DNA of 63,166 nt, filler included, from an uncultured Synergistales bacterium (GCA_937897575.1; 8 parts of 8 records of this genome joined end to end with filler, not necessarily neighbours in it); one strand, 5' to 3'; shown: positions 18,560 through 28,038, counted from the first letter of the whole stretch. Translations and numbers: made by a program. The notes: generated by a model from the letters alone, not told the origin.

Positions 18560-19237
18560 ACAAGTTCGCCGTCCGTCCTTCTTCCCGAGGCCATTCAGGC
18601 CTCAGGGCTCTTTTCCTGGACGGACGGCGAACTTGTGGCGGCGCTCGATGAATGGGGCCCGAAGATCGACACCCTTGTCCTCGGCCCCGGGCTCGGGCGA
18701 TCGCCTCGCGCGGGCGCGATCGTCTCGCTGCTCTGGCATCGATGGCCAAAGAGGCTCATCGTCGACGGCGACGGGCTGTACTGGCTCGGCGTTCTCGAGG
18801 ACGGCCTGCCGAGACGTCACGATGTTCTCCTGACGCCCCACGAGGGTGAGGCCGCGCACCTGCTTCGCCGCTCCGCCGATGAGGTACGGAACGACCGACT
18901 CTCCTGTCTCCGATCGCTGGCCGAACGCTGGGGCGTCGTCCTGCTGAAGGGGCCGGAGACCCTCGTGGACGATGGCACGAAAACGGTCGTCGTGATAGAG
19001 GGTGATAGAACCCTCGCCGTCCCTGGTTCGGGCGACGTCCTGTCGGGCATGATCGCAGCCTTCTCGTCCGCCGGACAGTCCCTCTTCTCGAGCGCCTGCC
19101 TCGGCGCCTCCATACATGGACGGGCCGGATGCCTTGTCTCGAAAAGGATCGGACAGGACGGAGTCCTGGCGTCGGAGATCGCCGACGCGGTTCCCGAAGC
19201 CCTTCGGAGGTTGAGATCCTCGAGGGAGAGGGAATGA
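18560..19237 (+). CDS. nnr: NAD(P)HX dehydratase (5' partial)
   Basis: LGPGLG, VDGDGL, LTPHEGEA, LLKG, GSGDVLSG. Confidence 0.9.
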   Translation, partial: TSSPSVLLPEAIQASGLFSWTDGELVAALDEWGPKIDTLVLGPGLGRSPRAGAIVSLLWHRWPKRLIVDGDGLYWLGVLEDGLPRRHDVLLTPHEGEAAHLLRRSADEVRNDRLSCLRSLAERWGVVLLKGPETLVDDGTKTVVVIEGDRTLAVPGSGDVLSGMIAAFSSAGQSLFSSACLGASIHGRAGCLVSKRIGQDGVLASEIADAVPEALRRLRSSRERE

Positions 19238-19764
19238 AGAGGCTGTCCAGGCAGGTCGTTCTGTCCGAGTCGGCGGAGGACACGATGGCTCTGGGGTCCT
19301 CCATGGCGGCGGTCCTCCCTCCGGGAATGACGGTTCTTCTGATCGGAGCCCTCGGCGCAGGCAAGACGACCCTCGTGCGCGGGGTCTGCGAACGCCTCGG
19401 TTGTGGACGGTCGGTTCGCAGTCCGTCCTTTACCCTTGTTCACGAATACCGGACAGATGATGGACGCCTCGTCGTCCACGCGGATCTTTATCGCTTGAGC
19501 GGAGGCGACGTGGACGATCTGGAGCTCGAATCCTACATCGACGACGGCGCCCTGCTCTTCGTGGAGTGGGCGGATCGAGGGGCTATCGCAGAGAGAGGAC
19601 AGCGCTGGACAATCCGCTTTGATCCCTCGGCAGACGAGGAGTACCCGTCCGGACGGGTACTCTCCTTTTCCGCCGAGGGAGAGGAGGGGCGTGCGTCGAT
19701 GGAGGCCTTTCTCGATCACATGCACACAATGGAGGCAGACCATGGACTCGATCCTCTCGGTTGA
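19234..19764 (+). CDS. tsaE: tRNA t6A biosynthesis ATPase
   Basis: GALGAGKTT, SPSFTLVHEY, HADLYRL, VEWA. Confidence 0.93.
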   Translation: MKRLSRQVVLSESAEDTMALGSSMAAVLPPGMTVLLIGALGAGKTTLVRGVCERLGCGRSVRSPSFTLVHEYRTDDGRLVVHADLYRLSGGDVDDLELESYIDDGALLFVEWADRGAIAERGQRWTIRFDPSADEEYPSGRVLSFSAEGEEGRASMEAFLDHMHTMEADHGLDPLG

Positions 19765-20413
19765 CTGCTGCACTGAATGGACCAGCATAGGGCTCTTCGC
19801 CGACGGAGCGGTCCGGGGCGAGGTGAACCTGAACGTGGGCAGAAGGCAGTCAACTCTGCTTCCTCTCCTCGTTGAACGATTGCTTGAGACGTTTTCGATG
19901 ACCCCTCGGGACATCGCCCTCTTCGCGGTGACGACCGGCCCAGGGTCTTTCACGGGGATCAAGGTGGGGATCGCCTTTGCCCAGTTCCTCGCCTGGGGGC
20001 TCGCAAAGCGGGTCGTCCCGATCTCCTCGCTGGAGAGTCTCGCCTTTGCCCACCGGGGATACCTCGGGACGACGATGGTGCTTCTGAAGGCCGGAGGGGG
20101 CAGGCTTTTCGCCGCCGGTTACAGAGAGAGCGGGGAGGGGGGGCCGCAGTGTGTTGTGCCCTCCAAGGCCTATCTGCCCGAGGAGCTTTTTATGGCGCTC
20201 GACGAACGGGGCGAGCCCCGGGAGTCCCTCCGGTGGATTTCACCGTCGCCTGGGGCGGTCGCCCCGCTCTTTCGCGGCGGCTGGGCGCCTCTCGTGCAGC
20301 ACGTGCTCCCCAGCGGCGGGAGAACGGCCCAGCTGGCGGGGATCAGAAGAACGACCGCCCTCGCCCCGCGGGAACTCCAAGCGTCCTATTTCAAAGAGCC
20401 CACAATAGGATGA
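19742..20413 (+). CDS. tsaB: tRNA t6A biosynthesis protein
   Basis: GPGSFTGIKVG motif; follows tsaE. Confidence 0.9.
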   Translation: MDSILSVDCCTEWTSIGLFADGAVRGEVNLNVGRRQSTLLPLLVERLLETFSMTPRDIALFAVTTGPGSFTGIKVGIAFAQFLAWGLAKRVVPISSLESLAFAHRGYLGTTMVLLKAGGGRLFAAGYRESGEGGPQCVVPSKAYLPEELFMALDERGEPRESLRWISPSPGAVAPLFRGGWAPLVQHVLPSGGRTAQLAGIRRTTALAPRELQASYFKEPTIG

Positions 20414-20419
20414 AGGGCC

Positions 20420-20463
20420 TATTCTTATCTTTTTTATCTTTAAAGATAAAAAAGATAAGAATA
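20420..20463. repeat. Perfect 44-bp AT-rich palindrome
   Basis: TATTCTTATCTTTTTTATCTTT|AAAGATAAAAAAGATAAGAATA. Confidence 0.9.
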
Positions 20464-20573
20464 AAATACGCTGTTGAACCAATCAAACGATAGAGCTATT
20501 CTTAAAAAAGTGCGCGTTTGAACAGAATTCATTGTCTGTTGTTGCGGCGAAAATACAGGTGGAGGTGACTTTT

Positions 20574-20792
20574 TTGCCCAAGAAATTCGACGTCCTCGTG
20601 AACAACTCATGGTGCAAAGGGTGCTGGTTGTGCGTCAACATCTGCCCGAAGAAGGTCCTCGACCCGGACGAGGTCCGGGGAAAGTCCGTTCCGGCACGTG
20701 TTGAAGACTGCATTGGGTGCCGTCAATGCGAGAACATCTGTCCTGACCTGGCCATCACCGTGAACGAGAAGGGAGAGGGGAACAATGCCTGA
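20574..20792 (+). CDS. korD: 2-oxoacid:ferredoxin oxidoreductase delta (4Fe-4S) subunit
   Basis: CKGCWLCVNICP and CIGCRQCENICPD; GGAGGTG before TTG. Confidence 0.85.
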   Translation: MPKKFDVLVNNSWCKGCWLCVNICPKKVLDPDEVRGKSVPARVEDCIGCRQCENICPDLAITVNEKGEGNNA

Positions 20793-21918
20793 GGTCGCTT
20801 TCTGGCAGGGAAACGAGGCGATCGCGTACGGCGCTCTTGCGGCCGGATGCCGTTTCTTCGGAGGGTACCCCATCACACCGTCCTCGGAGATCGCGGAGAT
20901 CATGGCCGAGGAGCTGCCCAAGGTGAACGGCCGTTTCATCCAGATGGAGGACGAGATAGCCGGAATGGCGGCCGTCATAGGCGCCTCCATCGCGGGACTG
21001 AAGTCGCTCACGGCCACTTCTGGGCCCGGGTTCTCGCTGAAGCAGGAAAACCTGGGGTTGGCCTACATGGCCGAGATCCCCGTCGTCCTGGTGGACGTCA
21101 TGCGGGGAGGCCCCTCCACCGGTCTGCCGACGAAGATCGCACAGCAGGACGTCATGCAGGCACGCTGGGGTACCCACGGCGACCACGGCACGATCTGCTA
21201 CTCCCCTGCGTCGGTGCAGGAGTGCTACGACATCACCGTCAAGGCCTTCAACGCGGCCGAACGCTATCGCCAGCCTGTCCTCATCCTGAGCGACGAGGTC
21301 CTCGGACACATGAGGGAGAAGGTGGTCATGAAGAAGCTGGACCCGACTCAGCTCGTCAATAGAAAGCGTCCCAACGTGGTCCCCGAAAAGTTCATCCCGT
21401 ACCTTGCGGACCCCAAGGACGATCTCCCCTGCATGGCCTCCTTCGGGGACGGATACCGGTGGCATGTGACGGGGCTCACCCATAACGACTGGGGGTTCCC
21501 GACGAACAACCCGGAAGAGATCGAGAAGAAGATGAAGCGCCTCATGAGGAAGATCGACCGGTTCCGCGACGATATCGTCGAATACGAGACTGCCTTCACC
21601 GATGACGCCGAGATCCTCGTCCTGGCCTACGGCAGCGTTGCCCGCTCGAGCCTCAGCGCCGTCAACGAAGCGCGGAGCCGCGGCATCAAGGCCGGCTTCT
21701 TCAGACCCGTCACGCTGTGGCCGTTCCCCGACAAGGAAGTGGAGAAGCTCGCGAGAAAGATCAAGACCATCATCGTCCCCGAGCTCAACTGCGGTCAGAT
21801 GGTCCTCGAGGTCGAACGAGCCGTCCACGGACGATCGAAGGTCGTGGCGCAGAGCCTTGTGGACGGCGAGCTGTTCAAGCCCGATCAGATATTCAAGGTC
21901 ATCGAGGAGGTGGCGTAA
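20785..21918 (+). CDS. korA: 2-oxoacid:ferredoxin oxidoreductase alpha subunit
   Basis: GYPITPSSE, QMEDE, ATSGPG, RGGPSTG. Confidence 0.92.
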   Translation: MPEVAFWQGNEAIAYGALAAGCRFFGGYPITPSSEIAEIMAEELPKVNGRFIQMEDEIAGMAAVIGASIAGLKSLTATSGPGFSLKQENLGLAYMAEIPVVLVDVMRGGPSTGLPTKIAQQDVMQARWGTHGDHGTICYSPASVQECYDITVKAFNAAERYRQPVLILSDEVLGHMREKVVMKKLDPTQLVNRKRPNVVPEKFIPYLADPKDDLPCMASFGDGYRWHVTGLTHNDWGFPTNNPEEIEKKMKRLMRKIDRFRDDIVEYETAFTDDAEILVLAYGSVARSSLSAVNEARSRGIKAGFFRPVTLWPFPDKEVEKLARKIKTIIVPELNCGQMVLEVERAVHGRSKVVAQSLVDGELFKPDQIFKVIEEVA

Positions 21919-21920
21919 TT

Positions 21921-22736
21921 ATGCCTGGTCAGGAAGTTGTGAGTTGGCTTCGAACCCGGTTCTTCCCCCATATCTGGTGCCCCGGGTGTGGACACGGCAT
22001 CATTATGCACTCCCTGCTCCGGGCTCTCGTGACGCTCGACAAGAAGCAGTCCGAGACGGTGATCGCCTCCGGCATAGGGTGCTCGAGCCGTATGGCGGGC
22101 TACATCGACGCCTGCACGGTTCATACGACCCACGGTCGTTCCCTTGGTTTCGCAACGGGGATAAAGCTGGCGAAACCCGAACTGACCGTCATCGACGTCA
22201 TGGGCGACGGTGACTGCTCCGCCATCGGCGGAAACCACTTCATTCACGCCTGCCGGAGAAACATCGACATCACGGCTATCGTCATGAACAATAATATCTA
22301 CGGCATGACGGGTGGACAGGCGTCCCCCACGACGCCCGTGGGGAGCATGGCGACGACGACGCCCTACGGCGCTATCGATCCCTCCTTCGACATCTGCAAG
22401 CTCGCCGAAGGAGCCGGCGCCAGCTACGTGGCGAGGACCTCCATCGCGAACCCGAAGCAGGCCGAGCAGTACATCATGAAGGGCATACAGAAGAAGGGGT
22501 TCTCCGTGATCGAGGTTCTGACACACTGCCACACGACCTTCGGCCGGAGAAACAACAGAAAGACCCCCATCGACAACGTGAACTTCTTCAAGGCGAACAC
22601 GGTCCCCTTGAGCAAAGCGAAGGATATGTGCGAAGAGGATCTGGTCGGGAAGATCGTCATCGGGGAGTTTGTGGACAAAGACGTCCCCGAGTACACGGCG
22701 CAGTATCTCTCTCTGATTGAGAGAGTAAGGGGGTAG
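21921..22736 (+). CDS. korB: 2-oxoacid:ferredoxin oxidoreductase beta subunit
   Basis: WCPGCG, SGIGC, GDGD, NNIYGMTGGQ. Confidence 0.92.
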   Translation: MPGQEVVSWLRTRFFPHIWCPGCGHGIIMHSLLRALVTLDKKQSETVIASGIGCSSRMAGYIDACTVHTTHGRSLGFATGIKLAKPELTVIDVMGDGDCSAIGGNHFIHACRRNIDITAIVMNNNIYGMTGGQASPTTPVGSMATTTPYGAIDPSFDICKLAEGAGASYVARTSIANPKQAEQYIMKGIQKKGFSVIEVLTHCHTTFGRRNNRKTPIDNVNFFKANTVPLSKAKDMCEEDLVGKIVIGEFVDKDVPEYTAQYLSLIERVRG

Positions 22737-22740
22737 AAAA

Positions 22741-23304
22741 ATGGCGGGACGATATGAAATTCGATATGCCGGATCAGGCGGACAGGGCGTCATCCTCGCT
22801 GCGGTCATCACCGGTCGCGCCGCGGCGATCTACGAGGACGGACTCTATGTGGTCCAGTCCCAGGCCTATGGGCCCGAGGCCCGGGGCGGAAAGTCGAAGG
22901 CGGAGGTCATCCTCTCCACCGAACCGATCGATTACCCCAAGGCGATGAAGCCCAACCTTCAGGTCATCCTCACCCAGCAGGCCGCCGAGGAGTACGTTGT
23001 GGATACGCTGCCCGGCGGGAGGATCATCTACGACGACTTCTTCGTCACGAGCTTCCCTCGGGTGGACGCCAACATCTACTACCTTCCCATCGTCCGCACC
23101 GCCCGCGAAAAACTCGGGCGTGACATCGTGACGAACATGGTGGCCGTAGGCGCCGTGGCCAGAGTCCTCGAGCTCGAGAAAATGGCCAAGCCCGAGTCCC
23201 TGAAGAAGGCTATTCTCGCGTCCGTGCCCGAGGCGTCGAAGAAGCTCAATGCACAGGCCTTCGAGGAGGGCTTTCTGCTCTTCAAAAACAGCGTGCACAG
23301 ATAA
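22741..23304 (+). CDS. korC: 2-oxoacid:ferredoxin oxidoreductase gamma subunit
   Basis: GSGGQG, YGPEARGG. Confidence 0.9.
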   Translation: MAGRYEIRYAGSGGQGVILAAVITGRAAAIYEDGLYVVQSQAYGPEARGGKSKAEVILSTEPIDYPKAMKPNLQVILTQQAAEEYVVDTLPGGRIIYDDFFVTSFPRVDANIYYLPIVRTAREKLGRDIVTNMVAVGAVARVLELEKMAKPESLKKAILASVPEASKKLNAQAFEEGFLLFKNSVHR

Positions 23305-23329
23305 TATCGGCAGGACAGAGTGTACGATG

Positions 23330-23363
23330 GGGCAAAGATCCTTCGGGGTCTTTGCCCTTTTTT
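23330..23363 (+). terminator. Rho-independent terminator of the kor operon
   Basis: GGGCAAAGATCC-TTCG-GGGTCTTTGCCC then T6. Confidence 0.85.
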
Positions 23364-23380
23364 AAGGGAGGAGGGACGCT

Positions 23381-24754
23381 GTGACCTACTTGGTCGGAGA
23401 TGTGCTGCGCCTTCGCGTGACGGCGACGAGCAGCGACGGAAGCGGTATTGCGAGGGGCAATGACGGCATGGTTCTCTTCCTCCCCGGGGCCTTGCCCGGG
23501 GAGGAGGTCTCGGCCCGTGTCACGGTGCGGAAACGGGAGTATGCCATCGCCGAAGTCGCAGAAATCCTCCTGCCCAATCCCGGACGGGGCATACCATTCT
23601 GTCGATTCTACGGAGAGTGCGGAGGCTGCCAGCTTCAGCACTGCGGCTATCCTCTCCAGCTTGAACTCAAAAAGGCCATGGTGACGGATGCGTTCAAGCG
23701 CATTTACAAACGCCCCTTTCCCGACATCCATCCGTGCCTGGCAAGCCCCTTGGAGCGAGAGTACAGGAACAAGGCAGCAATGCCTGTCCGAAAGGCGGGG
23801 ACCGGGGCCGCTCCGGGTTTTTTCGCGCGTCGCAGCCACTCCGTAGTGCCGGTGGATTCCTGTCCGGTACTCGCGCCCTCCATCGATGCCGCCCTGTCTC
23901 TTGTGGCGCGGGAGCTTCCCCGTCTCGGCATAACCTCCTACGACGAGAGGGTCGGAAGAGGACGGATACGTCACGTTGTCCTTCGACAGGGGGTGCGTAC
24001 CGGCGATGTTCTCCTGTCGCTCGTGCTCAATGGATCTCCTGCGGAGGAGGAGAGGCGAAAGCTCTCCGGACTTATCCCGATCCTTCGCGAAGGCATACCG
24101 GGCCTGCGTTCCGTGACGGTGAACCAGAACTCAACGCGAGGGAACGTCATCCTGGGGCAGAAGAGCAGCATTCTCTTTGGCGACGGCCTGATAGAGGAGC
24201 GGCTTGGCCCCTTCTCCTTTCTCTACGACACCACGTCCTTTTTTCAGATCAACCCGATGCAGGCTGAAAATATCTACGAACACGTCGCGTGCGCCGTTGC
24301 GGAAGAGGGAGCTTCGAACGTCCTCGAGTTATACAGCGGCATCGGCACGATGACGGCCTTTCTCGCCTCGAAGGGAGTTCATGTCACCGCTGTGGAGGAG
24401 TGGCTTCCCGCGGTGGATCATATGAGACGGAACATGGAGCGCAACGCCCTGGAAGAAAGGGTCACCGTCCTGTCGGGGCCGGTGGAAAAGCATATAGGAT
24501 CCCTGAGGAAACCCGTCGATGTCGTTGTCCTGGATCCTCCGCGGACTGGCTGTTCAAAGTCGGTCCTGCAGGGTCTTCTCGATCTTGCTCCCCGGACAAT
24601 CATGTACGTCTCCTGCAATCCCGCAACCCTCGCACGGGACTGCACGATGCTCTCCGACGGCGGGTACAGGGTGGGGCGCATCACCTGCTTCGATATGTTC
24701 CCCCAAACGTCTCACGTGGAGTGCGTAGTATTGATAACAAGAGTAAAAGATTGA
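23381..24754 (+). CDS. rlmD: 23S rRNA m5U1939 methyltransferase
   Basis: TRAM domain, CGGCQLQH, SFFQIN, LDPPRTG, YVSCNP, FDMFPQTSHVE. Confidence 0.93.
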   Translation: MTYLVGDVLRLRVTATSSDGSGIARGNDGMVLFLPGALPGEEVSARVTVRKREYAIAEVAEILLPNPGRGIPFCRFYGECGGCQLQHCGYPLQLELKKAMVTDAFKRIYKRPFPDIHPCLASPLEREYRNKAAMPVRKAGTGAAPGFFARRSHSVVPVDSCPVLAPSIDAALSLVARELPRLGITSYDERVGRGRIRHVVLRQGVRTGDVLLSLVLNGSPAEEERRKLSGLIPILREGIPGLRSVTVNQNSTRGNVILGQKSSILFGDGLIEERLGPFSFLYDTTSFFQINPMQAENIYEHVACAVAEEGASNVLELYSGIGTMTAFLASKGVHVTAVEEWLPAVDHMRRNMERNALEERVTVLSGPVEKHIGSLRKPVDVVVLDPPRTGCSKSVLQGLLDLAPRTIMYVSCNPATLARDCTMLSDGGYRVGRITCFDMFPQTSHVECVVLITRVKD

Positions 24755-24876
24755 GAGAGCTGAAAACCCTTATATATCAAGGGTTTTAGCAGATATGGGT
24801 ATGAAACCCACCAGGCGAAAAACATGAAAATATCGCTTCGCGGGAATAAGTCCATAAAGGCTATTTTTGATAGTTA

Positions 24877-24994
24877 AGTGGTCGGTTTAGATGTCAGTGC
24901 TCGGTGAGTGTACAGGTTAGATGTCAGACTTCGCGAGTGGTCGATTTAGATGTTTTTTCGGATTATTTTGAGGTTGTGTGGTCAGGTTGGATGT
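24877..24994. repeat. Four imperfect 18-bp direct repeats
   Basis: AGTGGTCGGTTTAGATGT (24877), AGTGTACAGGTTAGATGT (24907), AGTGGTCGATTTAGATGT (24936), TGTGGTCAGGTTGGATGT (24977). Confidence 0.8.
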
Positions 24995-25003
24995 AAAACA
25001 ATA

Positions 25004-25037
25004 AAGACCTCCTTAAATGGTTTTCATAGGAGGTCTT
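25004..25037 (-). terminator. Probable arsC terminator
   Basis: AAGACCTCCT / AGGAGGTCTT perfect 10-bp stem downstream of arsC. Confidence 0.55.
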
Positions 25038-25086
25038 GCTCTATTATCATAAGGTTTACACAGGGCTTAATTTAAGTAAATAAACC

Positions 25087-25275
25087 TTATATATTACTTA
25101 GAGTCGATTTTAAATCTTTTATCTTAGTTTCAATTTTCTTAATAACTTCAATAAAATCATTATCATTCTTTCCGGTCGGATCATCCAAGCCCCAGTCCTC
25201 TCGGTGCCTACAAGGCAGATATGGACATTCGACATTGCATCCCATTGTAATAACAATATCCACAGGGGGGATATC
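25087..25275 (-). CDS. arsC: Thioredoxin-type arsenate reductase / LMW-PTP family (5' partial; absent from the ORF track)
   Basis: Hand translation: DIPPVDIVITMGCNVECPYLPCRHREDWGLDDPTGKNDNDFIEVIKKIETKIKDLKSTLSNI*. Confidence 0.85.
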   Translation of the reverse strand, partial: DIPPVDIVITMGCNVECPYLPCRHREDWGLDDPTGKNDNDFIEVIKKIETKIKDLKSTLSNI

Positions 25276-25375
25276 NNNNNNNNNNNNNNNNNNNNNNNNN
25301 NNNNNNNNNNNNNNNNNNNTTAATTAATTAANNNNNNNNNNNNNNNNNNNNNNNNNNNNNNNNNNNNNNNNNNNN

Positions 25376-25677
25376 CCCGCGAGCCGCAGGGCGAACTCGT
25401 CCTCCCGGCGGGCGGCGAAGCACATATGGGTATGGGGATCGACGAATCCCGGGATGACGCACTGCCCTCCGCAGTCCACCTCTTCATCCACGCACTTCAG
25501 GAGCGGGTGCCCCGACAGGTCCTCCTCGGGCCCAATGGCAGCGATGAGCCCGTTCTCGACGATCATTGCCCCCCGGAAGGAGCGGATCGCCCCCTGGCCC
25601 GAGCCCCGGGACGGGGTCTCCCCTTCCGGAGTGCAGACCGAGGCGTTCCGTATGAACTTGACGACCACGCCGATCAC
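25376..25677 (-). CDS. hutI: Imidazolonepropionase (3' partial)
   Basis: IPGFVDPHTH..FA..REDEF; coupled to ftcd. Confidence 0.88.
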
Positions 25678-26582
25678 TCTCCCTCGTCGAGGAGCTTGAG
25701 CTCAAGCACCTGGTCGGACTGGAAGTCCTTGATCTGAAGGTAGTAGGCCGCGCTGTCCAGAAGGGCCTGGGCGGGGATCATGCCGTAGACCTCCGTCTCC
25801 ACCACCTCGACGCCCCACCGCTTCGCCTCCATGCGGATGAGCTCGAGGACCCGATAGAGGGCGTTTTTCTGGTAGTCCACGATGTTCATGCTCACCTGGG
25901 ACATGCCGCGCTCCTTCAGCTCGACGCCCATGCCCTTCACGTGGCAGAAGCCGCCGCTGGACGACCGGACGAAGTTCCCGATCTTCTTGGCGATCTCCAC
26001 GTCGGGGGTGTTGAGGTTCACGTTGAAGGCCACGAGGAACTGCCGCGCCCCCACCACCGTGGCGCCCGCCGTGGCGTGGAGCGCCGGACCGCCCACGTCG
26101 GGGTGCCGCTCGGGAAGCGCGCTCTCCTCCTTGAGGACCTCGTACTGCCCCTTGCGGATCACCTCGAGGCGCTTCCGTTCGGGGCGCTTCGCCGAGTCCT
26201 CGTAGAAGTAGACGGGGATCCCCAGCTCCTTGAAGTAGCGTTCGCCGAAGGCGTGGGAGAACTCCACGCACTCCGCCATGGTGATGTTGCGCACCGGGGT
26301 GAAGGGGATCACGTCCACCGCGCCGATCCTCGGGTGGGCTCCCTTGTGGGCGTTCATGTCGATGGAGCCCATGGCCGTCCTCGCCGCCTCGATGAGGGCG
26401 TCGGCGATAGGCTCCGGGGACCCCACGAGGCTCACCACAAGTCTGTTGTGGTCCGCATCCGCCCTGTAATCGAGGAGCGAGCACCCCTTCGTGGATTTGA
26501 ACGGGGCAACTATGGCTTCTATGACGTCTTCGCGCCGCCCTTCGCTGAAATTGGGGACGCACTCGATCAATCCGCCTGCCAT
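25674..26582 (-). CDS. ftcd: Glutamate formimidoyltransferase
   Basis: IECVPNFSEG, DADHNR, HKGAHPRIGAVDVIPF, IRKGQYE. Confidence 0.93.
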   Translation of the reverse strand: MAGGLIECVPNFSEGRREDVIEAIVAPFKSTKGCSLLDYRADADHNRLVVSLVGSPEPIADALIEAARTAMGSIDMNAHKGAHPRIGAVDVIPFTPVRNITMAECVEFSHAFGERYFKELGIPVYFYEDSAKRPERKRLEVIRKGQYEVLKEESALPERHPDVGGPALHATAGATVVGARQFLVAFNVNLNTPDVEIAKKIGNFVRSSSGGFCHVKGMGVELKERGMSQVSMNIVDYQKNALYRVLELIRMEAKRWGVEVVETEVYGMIPAQALLDSAAYYLQIKDFQSDQVLELKLLDEGE

Positions 26583-26672
26583 GGCAACAACCTCCTGCTT
26601 TGGGATAGTATTTGTAGATTGTATTCTACCATCAGTTTTGTACAACGTAAAGTGTGAAAGTGCCCTCCTCAA

Positions 26673-26712
26673 GAGAAGGACGGGGAGCCCCTGGGAGCTC
26701 CCCGTCCTTCTC
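26673..26712 (-). terminator. Stem-loop after the aminotransferase gene
   Basis: GAGAAGGACGGGGAGC / GCTCCCCGTCCTTCTC perfect 16-bp stem. Confidence 0.6.
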
Positions 26713-26725
26713 GCGGCGTCCTGTC

Positions 26726-27910
26726 CTACAGATACGCTTTCATGACCTCGCCGAGGCGCCCCACGCCCTCCCGGATCCTCTCGGGCGGCATGTTGGAGTA
26801 GTTCAGCCTCATGGCGTTCTCGCGACCGGCGTTCGGATAGAATGCCCCTCCCGGGACGAAGGCCACCTTCTTTTCGAGGGCCTTGACGAAGAGCTGCCGG
26901 GCGTTCACCTTCTCCGGCAGCGTGGCCCAGGTGAAGAGGCCGCCCTCGGGGCGGGTGAAGGTCACGCTCTTCGGGAAGTGCTCCGCCATGGCCTCCACCA
27001 TGATGTCCCTCCGCTCCCGGTAGACGGTGATGAGCCGCTCCACGTGGGCGTCCAGGTCGTAGGAGGCGAGAAAGGCGTCGATCTCATACTGGCTCAGGGT
27101 CGACGTGTGGAGGTCCGCCGCCTCCTTGAGGTTGCAGAAGTACGTGAGGAACTCCGGATCGGCACAGACCCAGGCCACTCGCAGACCGGGGGCAAAGATT
27201 TTTGAGAAGGTCCCGAGGGTCACCACCTGCCCCTTCCGGTCCATGGACTTCAGGGAGTCGGGCGACGTCCCCTCGAAGCGGAGCTCGCCGTAGGGGTTGT
27301 CCTCGATGACGAGCACGTCGTGCTGCGACACGGTCTCCATGAACCTCTTCCGGCGGTCGAGGCTCCATGTCTTGCCCGTGGGGTTCTGAAAGTCGGGGAT
27401 CACGTAGATGAGCTTCGCCCGCTTCTCCGTCGCCAGGGCCCTCTCCAGGTCCGCGATCACCATGCCCTCGTCGTCGGTCTCCACCTCGCGGTAGGAGGGC
27501 AGACAGCCGTTGAAGGCCGAGAGGGCGCCGAGGTAGGTCGGGCTTTCGCAGAGGATGCAGTCCCCCTCGTTGATGTACATCTTCGCCAGGATGTCCAGAG
27601 ACTGTTGGGAGCCCGTGGTGATGACGATGTTGTCCGCCGTCAGGGGGGCTTTGAGCAGCCTGCCCGTCCGCTCCGCCACCTTCTGGCGCAGGGGGAGGTG
27701 CCCCGCCGACGACGAGTACTGGAGCGCCCTCCGCCCGTCCTTGTCGAGCACCGCCGCGGCGATCTTCTTGTACTCCTCCACGGGGAAGAGCTCCGGCGCC
27801 GGAAGGCCCCCGGCGAAGGAGATGACCTCCGGGTTGGCCGCCGCCTTCAGAATCGGCGTCAGGTCCGACGCCTGAAAACGTTCCATTCGTCGCGCGAACT
27901 GTCTGTTCAT
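26726..27910 (-). CDS. PLP-dependent aminotransferase class I/II (2-aminoadipate/aromatic transaminase-like)
   Basis: SFAGGLP, DFQNPTG, EDNPY, GTFSKIFAPGLR. Confidence 0.9.
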   Translation of the reverse strand: MNRQFARRMERFQASDLTPILKAAANPEVISFAGGLPAPELFPVEEYKKIAAAVLDKDGRRALQYSSSAGHLPLRQKVAERTGRLLKAPLTADNIVITTGSQQSLDILAKMYINEGDCILCESPTYLGALSAFNGCLPSYREVETDDEGMVIADLERALATEKRAKLIYVIPDFQNPTGKTWSLDRRKRFMETVSQHDVLVIEDNPYGELRFEGTSPDSLKSMDRKGQVVTLGTFSKIFAPGLRVAWVCADPEFLTYFCNLKEAADLHTSTLSQYEIDAFLASYDLDAHVERLITVYRERRDIMVEAMAEHFPKSVTFTRPEGGLFTWATLPEKVNARQLFVKALEKKVAFVPGGAFYPNAGRENAMRLNYSNMPPERIREGVGRLGEVMKAYL

Positions 27911-28038
27911 GATGATCCTCCCGTCTTCGTGAAATACCGTTCCTCCATCGGCCGATGCCCCTCCTCCGGAGAGCCGATTTGGGATATTATAGCACTCGAT
28001 GTATCGATGCAATATCAGAGAGGGAGGCGTTTCCTGCC

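Larger units (their letters stand above)
24713..25275. mobile_element. Edge of an AT-rich element apparently integrated in the 3' end of rlmD
   Basis: Composition turns AT-rich right after CACGTGGAG (HVE codons); inverted repeat, direct repeats and arsC follow. Confidence 0.65.

Noticed and set aside
24877..24994. Degenerate CRISPR array
   Set aside because: The unit is only 18 nt, the gaps are 11-23 nt and there is no similarity to the 37-nt repeat; kept as direct repeats instead.
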